A DNA stretch of 64,000 nt, taken from contig CM059432.1 in assembly GCA_030390025.1 (NCBI GenBank), positions 21,082,001 through 21,146,000 of the forward strand. The letters are read 5' to 3'. Shown piece after piece: positions 44,672-59,105 of this stretch; within the stretch, counting starts at the first letter, position 1, and each line of letters begins with the position of its first letter. A program made the position numbers and the translations under genes. Below the pieces are notes generated by a model. It made no database searches. It saw only the letters and a program-made list of their open reading frames with translations, and was not told the DNA's origin. The stretch comes from Squalus acanthias. Its lineage: Eukaryota.

Positions 44672-47600
44672 GGCCCAGAACTTGCTGAAAAATTCATGCG
44701 CTGTTACTAATGTACAAATTGGCCAGCAACTTGTGGCGCGGTAGAGATACCCAGTGGAGTGCGAATTGCCACAAGTTGCTGATCGATTTGCTTTGCGAAA
44801 ACAGCATCTCGCCCTTAACTTTCTTGTGATTTTCGCGATGTTGCTGCATTAATTGTCCATTAAACTTGCCACAGAAAGTTAAGTCTAGTAGTTAACAGCA
44901 TGAATACCCTTTTAACGATGTAATAATTATTAATGACTACCAATCAATCTCTCTTGGCCAGATAGTGAACAATTAAAAATGTGGAATCTCATTTCTTCAG
45001 GTAATGAATTGTTGTTGGAGATTTTTAAAATGTAATTTTTTAAAAATACACATAGAAACATAGAAGATAGGAGCAGGAGTAGGCCATTCGGCCCCTCGAG
45101 CCTGTTCCGCCATTTAATGAGATCATGGCTGATCATCCAAATTCAGTACCCTGTCCCTGCTTTCTCCCCATATCCCTTGATCCCTTTAGCCTTAAGAAAT
45201 ATATCTAACTCCTTGAATATATTTAATGAATTGGCCTCAACTGCCTTCTGTGGTAGAGAATTCCACAGGTTCACCACTCTGGGTGAAGAAATTCCTCCTC
45301 ATCTCAGTCCTAAATGGCATACCCCTTATCCTTAGACTGTGACCCCTGGTTCTGGACTCCCCCGCCATCGGGAACATCCTTCCTGCATCTAGTCTGTCTA
45401 GTCCTGTTAGAATTTTATAAGTTTCAATGAGATCCCCTCTCATTCTTCTAAACTCTAGCGAATATGAGCCTAATCGACCCAATCTCTCTTCATACGTCAT
45501 TCCTGCCATCCCAGGTATCAGTCTGGTGAATCTTCGCTGCACTCCCTCAATGGCAAGAACATCCTTCCTCAGATAAGGCGACCAAAACTGCACACAATAC
45601 TCACGGTGTGGTCTCACCAAGGCCCTGTACAACTGTGGTAAGACATCCTTGCTCCTGTACTCGAATCCTCTCGCTATGAAGGCCAACATACCATTTGCCT
45701 TCTTAACCGCCTGCTGCACCTGCATGCTTACCTTCAGCGACTGGTGCACAAGGACACCCAGGTCTCATTGCACTTCCCCTTTTCCTAATCTATTGCCGTT
45801 CAGATAATAATCTGTCTTCCTGTTTTTGCCACCAAAGTGGATAACCTCACATTTATCCATATTATCATGCATCTGCCCAATCACCCAACCTGTCCAAATC
45901 ATACAGGAGTTTCTCTGCATCCTCCTCACAGCACACACACCCACCCAACTTTGTGTCGTCTGCAAACTTGGAGATATTACATCTAGTTCCCTCATGTCAT
46001 TAATATATATTGTGAATAGCTGGGGTCCTAGCACCGATCCCTGCGGTACCCCACTAGTCACTGCCTGCCACTCGGAAAAAGACCCATTTATTCCAACTCT
46101 TTGTTTCCTGTCTGCCAACCAGTTCTCTATCCAAGTCAGCACCTTACCCCCAATCCCATGTGCTTTAACTTTGCACGCTAATCTCTTATGCAGGACCTTA
46201 TCGAAAGCCTTCTGAAAGTCCAAATACACCACATCCACTGGTTCTCCCTTATCTAATCTACCAGTTACATCCTCAAAAAATTCCAGTAGATTAGTCAAGC
46301 ATGATTTACCTTTTGTAAATCCATGTTGACTTTGTTCGATCCTGTCACTGTTTTCCAAGTGCTCTGCTATTACATCTTCTATAATGTACTCTAGCATTTT
46401 CCCCACTACCGATGTCAGGCTTACCGGTCTATAATTCTCCGTTTTCTCTCTACCATCTTTTTTAAATAGTGGGGTTACATTAGCTACCCTCCAATCCATG
46501 GGAACTGTTCCAGAGTCTATAGAATTTTGGAAGATGACCAGCAATGCATCTACTATTTCTAGGGCCACTTCTTTAAGTACCCTAGGATGTAGATTATCAG
46601 GCCCTGGGGATTTATCGGCCTTCAATCCCGTCAATTTCCCTAACACCATTTCCCTACAAATACTGATTTCATTCAGTTCCTCCCTCTCATTAGACCCTAT
46701 GTTCCCCGACATCTCTGGGAGGTTATTTGTGTCCTCCTTTGTGAAGACAGAGCCAAAGTATGTATTTAATTGGTCTGCGATTTCTTTGTTCCCCATTATA
46801 AATTCCCCTGATTCTGACTGCAAGGGACCTACGCTTGACTTCACCAATTTTTTTCTCTTCACATATCTATAGAAGCTTTTACAGTCAATTATTATGTTCT
46901 CTGCAAGCTTACTCTCATATTCTATTTTCCCCCTCTTAATTAATCCCTTTGTCCTCCTTTGCTGAATCCTAAACTGCTCCCAATCCTCAGGTTTGCTGCT
47001 TTTTCTGGCCAATTTATATGACCTCTCCTTGGATCTTGTGCTATCCCTAATTTCCCTTGTTAGCCACGGTTGAGTCACCTTTTTTGTTTTATTTTTATGC
47101 CAAACAGTGATGAACAAATTCTGTAGTTCATCCATGCGATCTTTAAATGTTTGCCATTGCCTATCCACCGTCAACCCTTTAAGTAACGTTCCCCAATCCA
47201 TCCTAGCCAACTCGCACCTCATACCATCGTAGTTTCCTTTATTTAAATTCAGGACCCTAGTCTCTGAGTCAACTACTTTACTCTCCATCTTAATGAAGAA
47301 TTCGATCATATTATGATCGCTCCTCCCCAAGGGGCCTCGCACAACAAGATTGCTAATTAATCCTTTCTCATTACATAATACCCAGTCTAAGATGGCCTGA
47401 TCTCTAGTTGGTTCCTCGACATATTGGTCCAGGAAACCATCCCGAATACACTCTAGGAATTCCTCCTCCACAGTATTGTTACTAATTTGGTTAGCCCAAT
47501 CTATATGTAGATTAAAGTCACCCATGATAACTGCTGTGCCCTTATTGTACGCGTCTCTAATTTCCCGTTTAATGCCATCCCCAACCTCAGCATTACTGTT

Positions 47601-48193
47601 TGGGGGTCTGTATACAACTCCCACTAATGTTTTCTGCCCCTTGGTATTTGTCAGGTCTATCCATACAGATTCCACATCATCAGAGCTAATATCCTTCCTT
47701 TCTATTGTGTTAATCTCCTCTTTAACCAGCAATGCTACCCCACCTCCTTTTCCTTTTTGCCTGTCCTTCCTGAATATTGAATACCCCTGGATGTTGAATT
47801 CCCAGCCTTGGTCACCCTGGAGCCATGTCTCCGTAATCCCAATCATATCACATCTTCCTTTCTGTTTCCTGTTTCTCAATCCAGTCTTTCTTTCCCTCTC
47901 TTTATTTCCCTTTCTTTACATGACTTGACATTGAATTGGCCGACTCTAATTCACCCTCCTTCTCAGTCTTTCCTGTGTTTATTTCTCAATCCTTTAATCT
48001 CATTGGTAAGGAGATGCACTGTTTGTCCCATTGTTCACCAAGGTCCCAAATGCCCTGTTGCACTTTCCGCGCCATTATCAGCTCGTACTTCCAGCGACCT
48101 TGTGGGAAAAAAATGTATAAACCTAAACGTGCGCAAATAAGTCTAAATAACGGGGCACACCATGAGATGCCCCACTCCAGCAGAATCTGGGCC
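44672..48193. mobile_element. Harbinger-type MITE split by a 2.8-kb CR1
   Basis: TIRs GGCCCAGAACTTGCTG (44672) and CAGCAGAATCTGGGCC (to 48193), exact 3-bp TSD ATT on both sides. MITE halves at 44672-45050 and 47850-48193. Confidence 0.75.
45051..47849 (-). mobile_element. CR1 LINE, 5'-truncated within the endonuclease; long ORF2 remnant
   Basis: ORF 45765..47879 (704 aa: GITETWL, GDFNL, SDHN, NYRPVSL, DFQKAFD, GVPQGSVLGP) plus ORF 45237..45749. Tail catagaaacatagaa. Confidence 0.95.
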
Positions 48194-48476
48194 ATTATAT
48201 TCTTTGACTGTATTAGCCAACTCAGGGTGTTCAGTATATTAATTATTTTACTCCAATTTTTAACCACCACAGTAGACACTTTCTAAATAACCTTCAAGGA
48301 CAAAGTACTTTTAATTAATACCGTGAATATTTATAGGAAATGGATGATATTTCAGAGCTTTACCTGACAATCTTAGGGAATTAGTAGCTATTTAGCTGAA
48401 CTTTCTCTTAGGTGAACAATTAGGCGGGGTAGAGTCCATGACTGAGTATTATTTATATGGTCTCTGGAAGAAAAAG

Positions 48477-49238
48477 AATTTGCATTTATATAGTGTCCTA
48501 ACTTTAGGATGTCTCAAAGCACGTCACAGCCAATGGAACACTTTTTGATGTGTATTCACTCTGATGTAGGGAAGTGTGAAATGAAATTTGCACACAGCAA
48601 GATCCCATAAACTGCAATGAGATAAATGGCCACATAATCTGTTCAGTAATGTTGATTGAGGGATAATTATTGACCTTCTTCAAAAAGTGCCATGGATTTT
48701 TTTACATCCACCTCGGAGAGAGCAGGCAGGACCTTGGATTAACATGTCATCCGAAAGGCAACGCCTCTAACATTGCAACACTACACTAACGTATCAGCCT
48801 AGATTACGTGCTGACACCTAAAAAGCTTAAGCACAGTTGGTAGCACACTAACCTCTGAGTCAGAAGATTGTGGATTCAAGCCCCACTCCAGAGACTTGAG
48901 CACCAAATCGAGCCTGATGTTTTTGGTGCTGTCATTAATGAGGTGCCGTCTTTCAGATGAGATGTTGCTCTCTCTGGTGGTCGTGAAAGATCCCATGGCA
49001 CTAGTCGCAGAAAAGCCAGGGGCGTTCTCCCCGATATCCTGGCCAATGTTTATCCCTCAACCAACATTACTAAAAACAGATTAACAGGTCATTATCACAT
49101 TGCTGTTTGTGGGACCTTGCTGTCGCATTTCCTACACTACAACTGTGACTACACTTCAAAGGTATTTTATTGGCTGTAAAGCACTCTGGGACGACCTGAA
49201 GTCATGAAAGGCACTATAGAAATGCAAGACTTTCTTTT
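48477..49238. mobile_element. Two DeuSINE-type SINEs in inverted, head-to-head arrangement
   Basis: 48477-48810 is on the minus strand with its tail at left. 48830-49238 is on the plus strand with B box GGATTCAAGCCCC, Deu core and tail. Confidence 0.8.
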
Positions 49239-50474
49239 TGATGAATGGGTTGATCTGTGATTTCTTGTGTTTTGACATAACCTGTTGTAAACACAAGATT
49301 CTGAAACATCTTTGACATTACACTAACACGTGCCAGTTTGAGCGATAAGGGGACAACAGACCCGAGCTACACCCCTGGCTCTCGCATTGCTCTGTCCATG
49401 GAACCTGCATGGAATGAATGCTGGTTAAATTTTCATTTTAAGTAAGAATCAGCAGGATGTCAAAATGATTAAAATGAAGTTTTTAAAGAGTTGCCAGGTG
49501 GTTAGACAGCAGCCCAACTGATGAAAGAACAGCTTTTGGAGGTGGGGGTCATACAAAGTTTGCTCGATGAAACTTTACACCTGAATTACACCACACAGTT
49601 TGTGTTGCCGGGAAGCCAAAACGGCTTTGCGCCAGTTCAAGCTGTCTAGTACAACAAATCTACTATTCTGTCACCACACATCTAAATTCTAATTGAATGT
49701 TCAGTTGTGCTGATCAGGACTTGCAGATCCTTAAAAAAAAAATAGCAATTTTATTAAATTGAACTCTGAGGATATTAGCACCTGAAGTCTAGTAAATTAA
49801 ACTTTTTCATGCCTTTCAGAAATTATTATTTGTACAAGCAGTTAATATAGCAGTCTTCAGATCTCTGCACTAAAACAGAAATACAGTCACTTATATTTTC
49901 AGGATTTATTGTCCAATTTCAGGTATATTATAAAAACATGGAAGAAATCAGTTACCTATTTCAATTGTACTCTTGGCTTATAAGGGCACGCATAACAATA
50001 AAGGTTGTACGGGTAAATATGGATAGAAATGATCAAAAACACAAAGGAACATGTTGGTTTCTGTAGATCTGAGACCATGGAAATCATTGAATGTTAAAGG
50101 TGAGCAAGAGGCCATTTGGCCCATCAAGTCCGTGCCTGTGTTTTTTCCACATAATCCAACTAATCTATTTCCAGTCTCCTGCCCCATATCCTTTAACATT
50201 TTATTTTTCAAGTAATTTCATTTTAAACACATTTATAGACTTTACTCCAAAAAGAGTTTATGGCAAAATTCCACATTTCTAATATCTCTAATTATTTTTG
50301 ATTACCTTATGTGTGCACTCTTGTTATCTTCTTGGCAACCAGTGCAAAAAGTCTATCACTGTTTGTGTTCTCATAACCCATCATAATTTTGAAGATCTGT
50401 TAAGTTACACCTTGACCTTCTCCGCTCCAGTGGAAAAATCCCTAACGTCTCTTCTTAACTGTAACTCCTCATCA

Positions 50475-51535
50475 TGTGGAGTCAGGGGACAAGTAGCTGA
50501 ATGGATAGCAAGCTGGCAACAAAACAGAAAACAGAGTAGGGGTTAAGGGAAATTACTCACACTGGCAAAAGGTGGGAAGTAGTGTTCCACAACGATCGGT
50601 GCTGGGACCACTGCTGTTCACCATTTACATAAACAATCTGGACTCGGGAATCGGAAGTACAATTTCAAAATTTACGGATGTCACCAATTGGGCGGTACAG
50701 TTAATACTGCGACAAAATACAAGAAGACATAAATAAACTTGCAGAATGGCCATGTAATTTGAAAGTGAATTTCAATATAGATTAATGTGAAGTGGTGCAT
50801 TTTGGCAGGAAGAATGAGGAGGCTACATACTCCAAAGGGATCTCGGGGTACAGATATACAAAACACTAAAAGTAGGGATACAGGTATAAAAGCAAACAAA
50901 GCACTGAGGTTCATTTCTAGAGTGATAACATTGAAAAGCAGAGAAGTTGCTGTTAAACTAGTATAGAACCTTGGTAAGACCACACAGAGTACTGTGTACA
51001 GTTCTGGTCTCCATATCATAAAAAGGATATCGAAGCACTGGAGAAAGCACAAAAAGGATTTACAAGGATGATACCAGAACTGAGAGGTTATACGTATCAG
51101 AAATGATTGAACAGGCTGGGGCTCTTTTCTCTAGAAAAGAGAAGGCTGAGGGGTGACCTGATAGAGGTCTTGATTATGAAAGGGTTTGATAGGGTAGATG
51201 CAGAGAAGATATTTCCACTTGGTGGGGAGACCAAAATTAGAGGCCATAAAAATAAGATAGGCACTCATAAATCCAATAGGAAACTCAGGAGAAAACTCTT
51301 TACTTAGAGAGTGGTTAGAATGTGGAACACGCAACCACAAGGAGTAGTTGAGGTAAATAGCATAGATGCATTTAAGGGGAAGCTAGTGAACCACATGAAG
51401 GAGAATGGAATAGAAGGATATGTTGATAGGCCTAGAAGAAGTAGGGTGGGAGGTGGCTCGTGTGGAGCATAAACAGCAGCATAGACCAGTTGGGCCGCAT
51501 GGCCTGTTTCTGTGCTGCACATTCTATGTAATTGT
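50475..51535 (+). mobile_element. CR1 3' fragment
   Basis: CGVRGQVAEWIASW, ORF 51107..51307 (RLGLFSLEKRRLRGDL), and a 3' UTR as at 5602-5832. Confidence 0.85.
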
Positions 51536-52380
51536 AACATTCTAGTGAATCTATGCTGCAACTTTTCAATTGCCTTTATATCCTTCCTTTAATGGGTTAC
51601 CTAGGACTGTACAGAATACTCCAACTATGACCAAAAATACACATATGTTTCTATAGAAAGTGATTGGGTGGAACAGAATAGTGTAGGTTATGAGAGTTAC
51701 AGAGATATGTTGAAATTTCATTTGATCACTTTAGGAAGGAGCAGGAAAAATCTTCACGGAACATTTCCTCAGGAGATTAAATAAGTTTGCAACTGAGCAA
51801 GTTGCGTATGGAAGGAATGGATTTGATGGATCAAATCTCCTCCCATGTCCTTTCATTATATGTATCACATCTCACTGCTGGTAATGATATATCCTCCAGT
51901 TATTCAAAATGTATTTTTAAGTGTATTGAGTGCAAGATGATTAAGCTGCTTTATGAAGCTGTAGATGTTATTGGACCAGTTATTGTGATAACCATTAGTA
52001 TTTTCAGCGTAGAATGCAGAATATTGCATCAGGAAATATACAGTCATAGGACAGATGATCAATTTATTGAAATGGAACTTTGTCTAGGAAGAGCTGTAAA
52101 GTTGTTTCTGTTAGCTGAAATGAAACTACAGATACCTGTTGCAAGTCTGAGTGGCTTTTTCACTTCCTTTTTATTCTTAGGGAACCACATGATCCTCGGT
52201 AATACCTAACTATATTGGGGATTTTAATTACATTGTAATAATAATTGTTTGGCACTTCTGCTTTATTGTATTTGGATTATGTGTTAAACCGAGTCGTTTT
52301 ATGAATAGTATCATTGACCTGGTACTTACAGAAGCCATTTCACATTTTCTCCCTAACATCTTTTTTTTTCCCTTTTATAG

Positions 52381-52552
52381 GGCATCTCTTTGGAGCTCTT
52401 GTGTTGTTCTGCCGCTTTTAGCGCTGACCTGGATGTCTGCAGTGTTGGCCATCACAGATCGAAGATCAGCCCTCTTTCAGATCCTCTTTGCTGTCTTTGA
52501 CTCTTTGGAAGGCTTTGTCATTGTAATGGTCCACTGCATTTTGAGAAGAGAG
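52381..52552 (+). CDS. ADGRB1: ADGRB1 coding exon (TM6-ECL3-TM7): [57 protein letters not shown]
   Basis: Long polypyrimidine tract and tatag|G acceptor, 172 nt, donor GAG|gtatgt. Contained in ORF 52301..52594. DRRSALF and DSLEG are BAI1-type. Confidence 0.97.
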
Positions 52553-53629
52553 GTATGTCACATGGAAATACATGTGAGATTAAAGGGCAGGTGAAATGTT
52601 TTGCAGGGTTAAAGAAATGAATTTAATGTAAGGGCAAATGTTGTAAAGATCTATCTTTAAATAACTGGAAGGGCAATAAAAATGGTGTGAAGTGGAGATG
52701 TCAATGGTGTGTTCGGTTTGCATGTATTTCCTCTTAAATCTGGATGTGATACCTGTTTTACATGTTTCAAAAATATACAGATAGAGGATCAAAGATTCCT
52801 GCCAGTGATTGTAAGGTGCTGATCAAGGATTTAAATGACACTGAATACCATGCGAGTAAAACTCAATAGGTTTATATCATTTGAACACCCAAGGTTATTT
52901 CTTGTGATAATTCGAGGGAAGTTGGTTACTTTTTTCAACAAAAAAAATTGTCCACTCAGCACAGTAAGGGTTAGTTTATTCCAGTGTATGCAGGCTACTG
53001 ATATCATTGGACAAGATAACTCTTCCTGTGGTAGCGCTCAAGTGAAAAATCATGTCAAAATTTGCTTGGTCAAATCCGTTACATGACTTTGACAGTCTTT
53101 ATTGTTCTGCGTGTTGATTAGTTGAAGAAATGGCCCTCTGAAGTACTTTTCAGTAAGTTGATTTTTTGGTGTGGATCCCACTTCCAGAATAGGTGGTGGC
53201 ACCTCAGACAAATTAAGCAACCGTTCTTAAAGCTAGAAAGGAAAGAAAATGAATTGAAATGCTAGACTAAGTTATGTTAGGTAAAGTTAAAATATCAAAA
53301 ACAGAAAAGGGAGAATGAAGATGAGAAAATGGCAGTGAAAGGGATGACCGAGTGAGCAGAAGTAAATTGTTTGAAATGTTTTTTGTATTTAAAAATGTTT
53401 GTGTTTAGTTTAGTTGTGTCGACTTGATATTACAGTAATGTAATTCCTCTCATTCAGGTAGCTTTTTTATAGTATACATGTGTTTGTATATATGGTATAT
53501 AGATATATTTATTCATGTGTGTGTGCATCTAAATCAATTGAAAACTTTTTTTAAATGACGCATTCCCTGGAGGTGTTGGCAGTCTGACGCTTAATAATAT
53601 ACATCCTCTGAACTTTCCGAATGATTCTT

Positions 53630-53930
53630 AACATTCCAAAAGTAGGGCCCATAATTATAAGACAATCACTAATAAATCCAATAAAGAATTCAGGAGAACC
53701 CTCTTTACTCAAATAGTGGTGAGAATGTCAAACTGACTACCACTTGGAGTGGTTGAGGTGAATAGCATCGATATATTTAAGGGGAAGCTAGATAAGTACA
53801 TGAGGGAGAAAGGAATAGAAGGCTATGTTGATAGGGTGAGATGAAGTAAATAGAGTGGGAGGAGGCTCGTGTGGAGCATAAATGCCAGTATTGGGCTGAA
53901 TGGCCTGTTTCTGTGCTGTAAATTCGATGT
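53630..53930 (+). mobile_element. CR1 3' fragment
   Basis: Same 3' UTR family (GGAGGCTCGTGTGGAGCATAAA...GGCCTGTTTCTGTGCTGTA). Confidence 0.75.
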
Positions 53931-55104
53931 AAAACATGTATTGGATTTTTTTTTTTGCCAGCTGTCAGTTTGGATGCCTGACAATCTGTATTATGGATCA
54001 ATTAAGTGTGACATGATAGCTGTAAATTTACTGAAGGATAATGCAGTTATTACTGGGAAGGTGATCTAAGGCAATGTGTATTAGATGTGGAATATATTTA
54101 GCAACGAGAGTTAGAAGAACCAGCTGTCTCATCACAAGATTCTTAAGCGATTGTACTTTTTCTGAGCTTCCCCTTAAAACAGTAAGCCTCAGTATGAAGC
54201 CGTTACTGAGTTTTCAGAGTGTGTATAACTGCTGGCAGTATGTCGATATAAATAATGCTGGGGACCAGTGTCTCAGAGTCAACAAAACAGCGATATTCCT
54301 GGTCAGATGATGATATCCTCTCAGTTTAGTATCTGTGTTAGGAAAGTTAAGCTGTAATATTTTTCAACAAAGGAAGTCCTTGCTGAAAAAAAATATTATT
54401 TTAAATGAATGAAATTTTCTATGTTGTATGAATTGAGTGTTCCTCATCTTTGATTAGTATAGATATGAAATTAAAACCAGGGAAGCAAAAAAGGAGCTGG
54501 CTGCCTGTTGGGAGCAGTGGCATTCTTACCAGTTTGCCTACATCTCCCAGTTCTTGGATGACCAATTCCCATATCACTTGAGCAACATTAACCTGAAGTG
54601 AAGTGCAGGACCAAAGGTTTTGATGAAGGAAGCCATCCTACTCAGATCACACAGCACCTGCTAATGGCCAAACTCAGGACATTAACGGTGCCCTTTGAGG
54701 TGGGCCTGATTTCCAGGTGCAATCCTTGAGGTCAAAGTGAATCACCTGCATCCAAGGGAAAATGGTGTTCATGTGAGAAAGGGAATTAAAAAAAAAAGTT
54801 GAATAAAACTATTTTCTTGAACCCTTTGAGTACTAAAGATCCTTTGTGGATTTTAACGCATGGTTTCCATCACATGACATCTATAGAAATGATTCTCTGT
54901 ACCTTTCCAATTCTGAATATTACAAAGTAGTAAGAAAAGTACAATTCTGATTATTCTCTGAATAAATGAATTACTTGAAATCTTATAACAGATTTTGTTT
55001 TATTTTGAACACAACTGTTACTTGCAATCCTCAAAGGGTTAATATTATGCAGTTTGTGATCCATCCTCTTAAAGGAAAAAATTGATGAATTATGTGCTCG
55101 AGTT

Positions 55105-55860
55105 TTTCCAGTTAACATTGGGAAGACTAAACCCAGTGTCTTTGGCCCCCATTACAAATTCTGTACCCCTGCCACCCATTTTATCCCCTCCTTGGCCACT
55201 GTCTCAGGTTGAGCCAGACTGTTTGCAACCTCAGCTCCCAATTCCACCCCAACCACCATTTTCCACCTCTGCAACATTACCCGTATCCTATTCTGCTACC
55301 CCTGTTGTTGTTGACTCGCATTGGCTCCCAGTCCCCCAATGCCTCCAATTTAAAATTCTCATCCTCGTGTTTAAATCCTTTCATAGCCTTGCTCTTCACT
55401 ATCTCTCTAACCTCCTCCAGCCCTACAATCGCCACCAGCTCCCCCCCCCGCTCCCCCCCGGCAGAACTCGGAACTGTAAGAGAGAGAGACTGTTGCAGGG
55501 ATAACAATAAGAAGGAAGAACGTACAGACATAGACACCTGAAGTGGTTGGTGGACCTCACAACGACTCATGAATTCAGTTGAGTTCAAACCTGAATTAGA
55601 GAAAAACAGTGACTGAAGAGATAGTGAATGGGAACGAGACAAAAATAGAGATAAGGATAGAGTCTGGCCTCTTATGCATGGGCCTACCATTGACGGCTGT
55701 GCCTTCAGCCATCTAGGCCCCACGTTTTGGAGCGCCCTCCCTAAAGCCCTCAGCAGCTCCATCTCCCTCTCCTCCTTCAAGACCCTCGTTAATACCCACA
55801 TCTTCAACCAAGCTTTAGGTCATTCTTCTGAATATCTTCCTCTTTGTCTCAGCATCTATT
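55105..55860 (+). mobile_element. Degenerate L2 fragments with an unidentified internal insert (about 55460-55670)
   Basis: HWLPVPQCLQFKILILVFKS and GCAFSHLGP-FW-ALP match the L2 at 36.8-37.2 kb. Confidence 0.65.
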
Positions 55861-56519
55861 AAGTAGCAACATATATTCTTCCCGTGTTGAGTGTAGTCTC
55901 TAAGCTCGATTGCACAAAACAATGCTTTGGGGTGACAGTTATGTGAAGGAATTGAGATAATGCTCTCAAAATATTTCAAAACATTTGGATAAATTGCTGC
56001 CATTTTTCTATGATGATTGAAAAATTCAGCAGAATTTTCCTCTCTGGCAGCTTGCATGAATCCTTGAGTTGACAGAAGCAAGCCAGCCATTTAGAATCCA
56101 ACTACTTCTGGTGTAAATGCTGATTTAGATGTAGGTCTCTCCAGTTTAAAACATTCAACTCTGACTAGCAAATGTTCGCTTTACAGATATAATGTGAGGG
56201 TTTAGCAAGTTACTCATAATAGCATTGTACAGTGACATCGGCTTTTGAAGAAGTCCGATTTCACATTCAGCATTTAAAGTGAGAGCTTATCAAATGATTT
56301 GTCCATAATTTCTAAATGTTGCAAAGAAAAATGCAAGTGTACTAAGTCGCCCGTTGTTATTGTGTGTAATATTGGTTTCAGGCTTTTTATGTATTAATCA
56401 TAAAATTTTGCTTCACTGATACCTTGTGCGAGTTGTAGGCTTTTCCCTTTTTTTTTAAAAGCTCCTCAAGCACTCCCTACGACGTGAAAGAATGGAGTCC
56501 CACAGCCAATGCAGCTTTT

Positions 56520-58650
56520 CATAGAATCCTAGAATGATGCAGCACAGAAGGAGCCCATTCGACCCATCGTGCTTGTGCTGGCTTTTTTAAAAGAGCTGTC
56601 CAATGAGTCCCATTCCTCTTCTCTTTCCCCACAGCCCTGTAGTTTTCTCCTTTTCAAGTCTTCCCTTTTGAAAGTTAATACCGAGTCTGCTTCCACCACC
56701 CTTTCAGGCAGTGCATTCCAGATCATAACAAATCGCTGCGTTGTGTAAAAAAAAATGTTTCCTCATGTCGCCTCTGGTTCTTTTGCCAATTATCCCAAAT
56801 CTGGTCCTTCTGGTTACTGACCATTCTGCCATTGGAAACAGTTTCTCCTTATTTATTCTAACAAAACCCTTCAATATTTTGAACACCTCTATCATATCTC
56901 CCCTTAACCTTCTCTGCTATAAAGGAGAACAACCCCAGTTTCTCTAATCTCTCCACGTACCTGAAGTCTTTCACCCCTGGTACCATTGTAGTAAATCTCC
57001 TCTGCACCCTCTCTAAGGCCAAAACATCCTTCCTAAAGTGTGGTGCCCAGAATTGGCCACAATACCCCAGCTGGGACCTAACCAGTGTTTTATAAATGTT
57101 TAGCATAACTTTCTTGCTTTTGTACTCTATTCCTCTATTTATCAAGCCAAGGATCTCGTATGCCTTTTTAACAGCCTTCTCAACTTCTCCTGCCACCTTC
57201 AAAGACTTGTGTACGTAGACCCCCAGGCCTCTCTGTTCTTGCACCCCCTTTAAAATTGTACCATTTAGTTTATATTACACCTCCTCATTCTTCCTACCAA
57301 AATTAATCACTTCACACTTCTCTGCGTTACATTTCATCTGCCATGTGTCTGCCTATTTCACCAATCTGTCTATGTCCTCCTGAAGTCTGTTACTATCCTC
57401 CTCACTGTTTACTACATTTCTGAGTTTCGTGTCATCTACAGACTTTGAAATTATGCCCTGTGTACCCAAGTCCAGTTCATTAATATATATCAAAAAGAGC
57501 AGTGGTTCCAACACCGAACCCTTGGAGACACCACTGCACACTTCCCTCCAGTCTGAAAAACAACCATTCACCACTGCTCTCTGCTTTCTGTCCCTTAGCC
57601 AATTTTGTATCCACACAGTCACTGCCCCTTTAATCACATGGGTTTCAATTTTTCTAACAAGTCTATCATGTGGTACTTTATCAAACGCCTTTTAAAAGCC
57701 CATAAATGCAACATCAACGGCACCACCCTCTCTGTTACTTCATCAAACACGATTTGCCGAGAACAAATCCATCCTGGCTTTAATTTATTAACCCATATTT
57801 TTCCAAGTGCCAATCTATTTTGTCCCAGATTAATGTTTCTAAAAGTTTCCCTACCACCGACGTTAGGCTGACTGTTCTTGTAATTGCTTGGTTTATCTCT
57901 CTGAACAGGGGTGTAACATTTGCCATCCTCCAGTCCTCTGGCACCACTCCCATATCTAAAGAGCATTGGACGATTTTGGCCAGAGCCTCCGCAATTTCCA
58001 CCCTTACTTCCCTTAGCAACCTAGGATGCATCCCATCCGGACCGGGTGACTTTTCTACTTTGAACGCTGCCAACGTTTCAAGTACTTCCCTTTATCTATT
58101 TTTATCCTATTCAGTTTCTCTACTACTTCTTCCTTTACAGTGACATTGGGAGCATCCTCTTCTTTAGTGAAGACAGATGCAAAGTACTCATTTTGTACCA
58201 CAGGCATGCCCTCTGCCTCCACAAGAAGACCTTTTTGGTCCCTAATCGGCCCCACCCTTCCTTTGACTACCCTTTTACTATTTATATGTTTGTAAAAGAC
58301 TTTTGGGTTCCCGTTTAAGTTACCCACCAGTCTATTCTCATACACTCTCTTTAACCCTCTTATTTCCTTTTTCAATTCTCCACTGTTCTTTTTGTGTTCA
58401 GCTTGGTTCTTTACTGAATTCTAAATCCAACATTTATCATAAACCTTTTTCTGTTTCATTTTAATCTCTTCAGCCATGCAGGGACCTCTCCCTTTGGATG
58501 CCCTTCCTTTATCCTTTGTGGGAATGTGTCTAGTCTGTACCCGAACTATCTCCTCTTTGAAGGCCTTCCATTGCTCATTTACTGTTTTACCTGCCATACT
58601 TTGATTCCAATCCACCCGGGCCACATCCCTTTTCAGTTCACTGAAATAAG
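56520..58650 (-). mobile_element. CR1 ORF2 fragment (fragmented)
   Basis: ORFs 58055..58375, 57780..58073 (KSPGPDGMHPR), 57353..57637 and 56858..57244. Confidence 0.9.
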
Positions 58651-59105
58651 TTCACTTCCCTCGATGACTTATGCTAAGTTAGCAGAAGCAGCAGTTGGGA
58701 TAGTGCAATTGGCCTCAGTACCCTGGGCTAAAGAAAGGAAAAGTCAGCCTTGCTTACTGCTCCTGATCTGTGCCTAATGATTCCTGCTGGACAGTATGTA
58801 CGTGGACCTTGAGTGAGGACTTTGCGATGTTCCCTGTGAATGAATAACCTGCCTACTGATAGTCCAGGCTCAAACATGAAAAAAATGGCCAGTTGGCAGA
58901 GGTAGTGGAGGGTGGTTGTACCCAAACATGAGTCAAATTGTTCGAGAGAGAAGAGTGAAACATTGGAGAGAAACAATTCATGTAGCATTTAGGGACAGTT
59001 CAGGAAAAATAAGTGCCATCTGCAGATATATTTATCCATATTCGACAGACCAACCAGATCATCATGTTTCCAAAAGCTACCTGAGCAGTCACCCTACCCT
59101 TCACA

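Noticed and set aside
45765..47879. 704-aa ORF as an active reverse transcriptase or host gene
   Set aside because: It is a 5'-truncated CR1 ORF2 that frameshifts just before the FADD motif, and its start comes from flanking MITE sequence.
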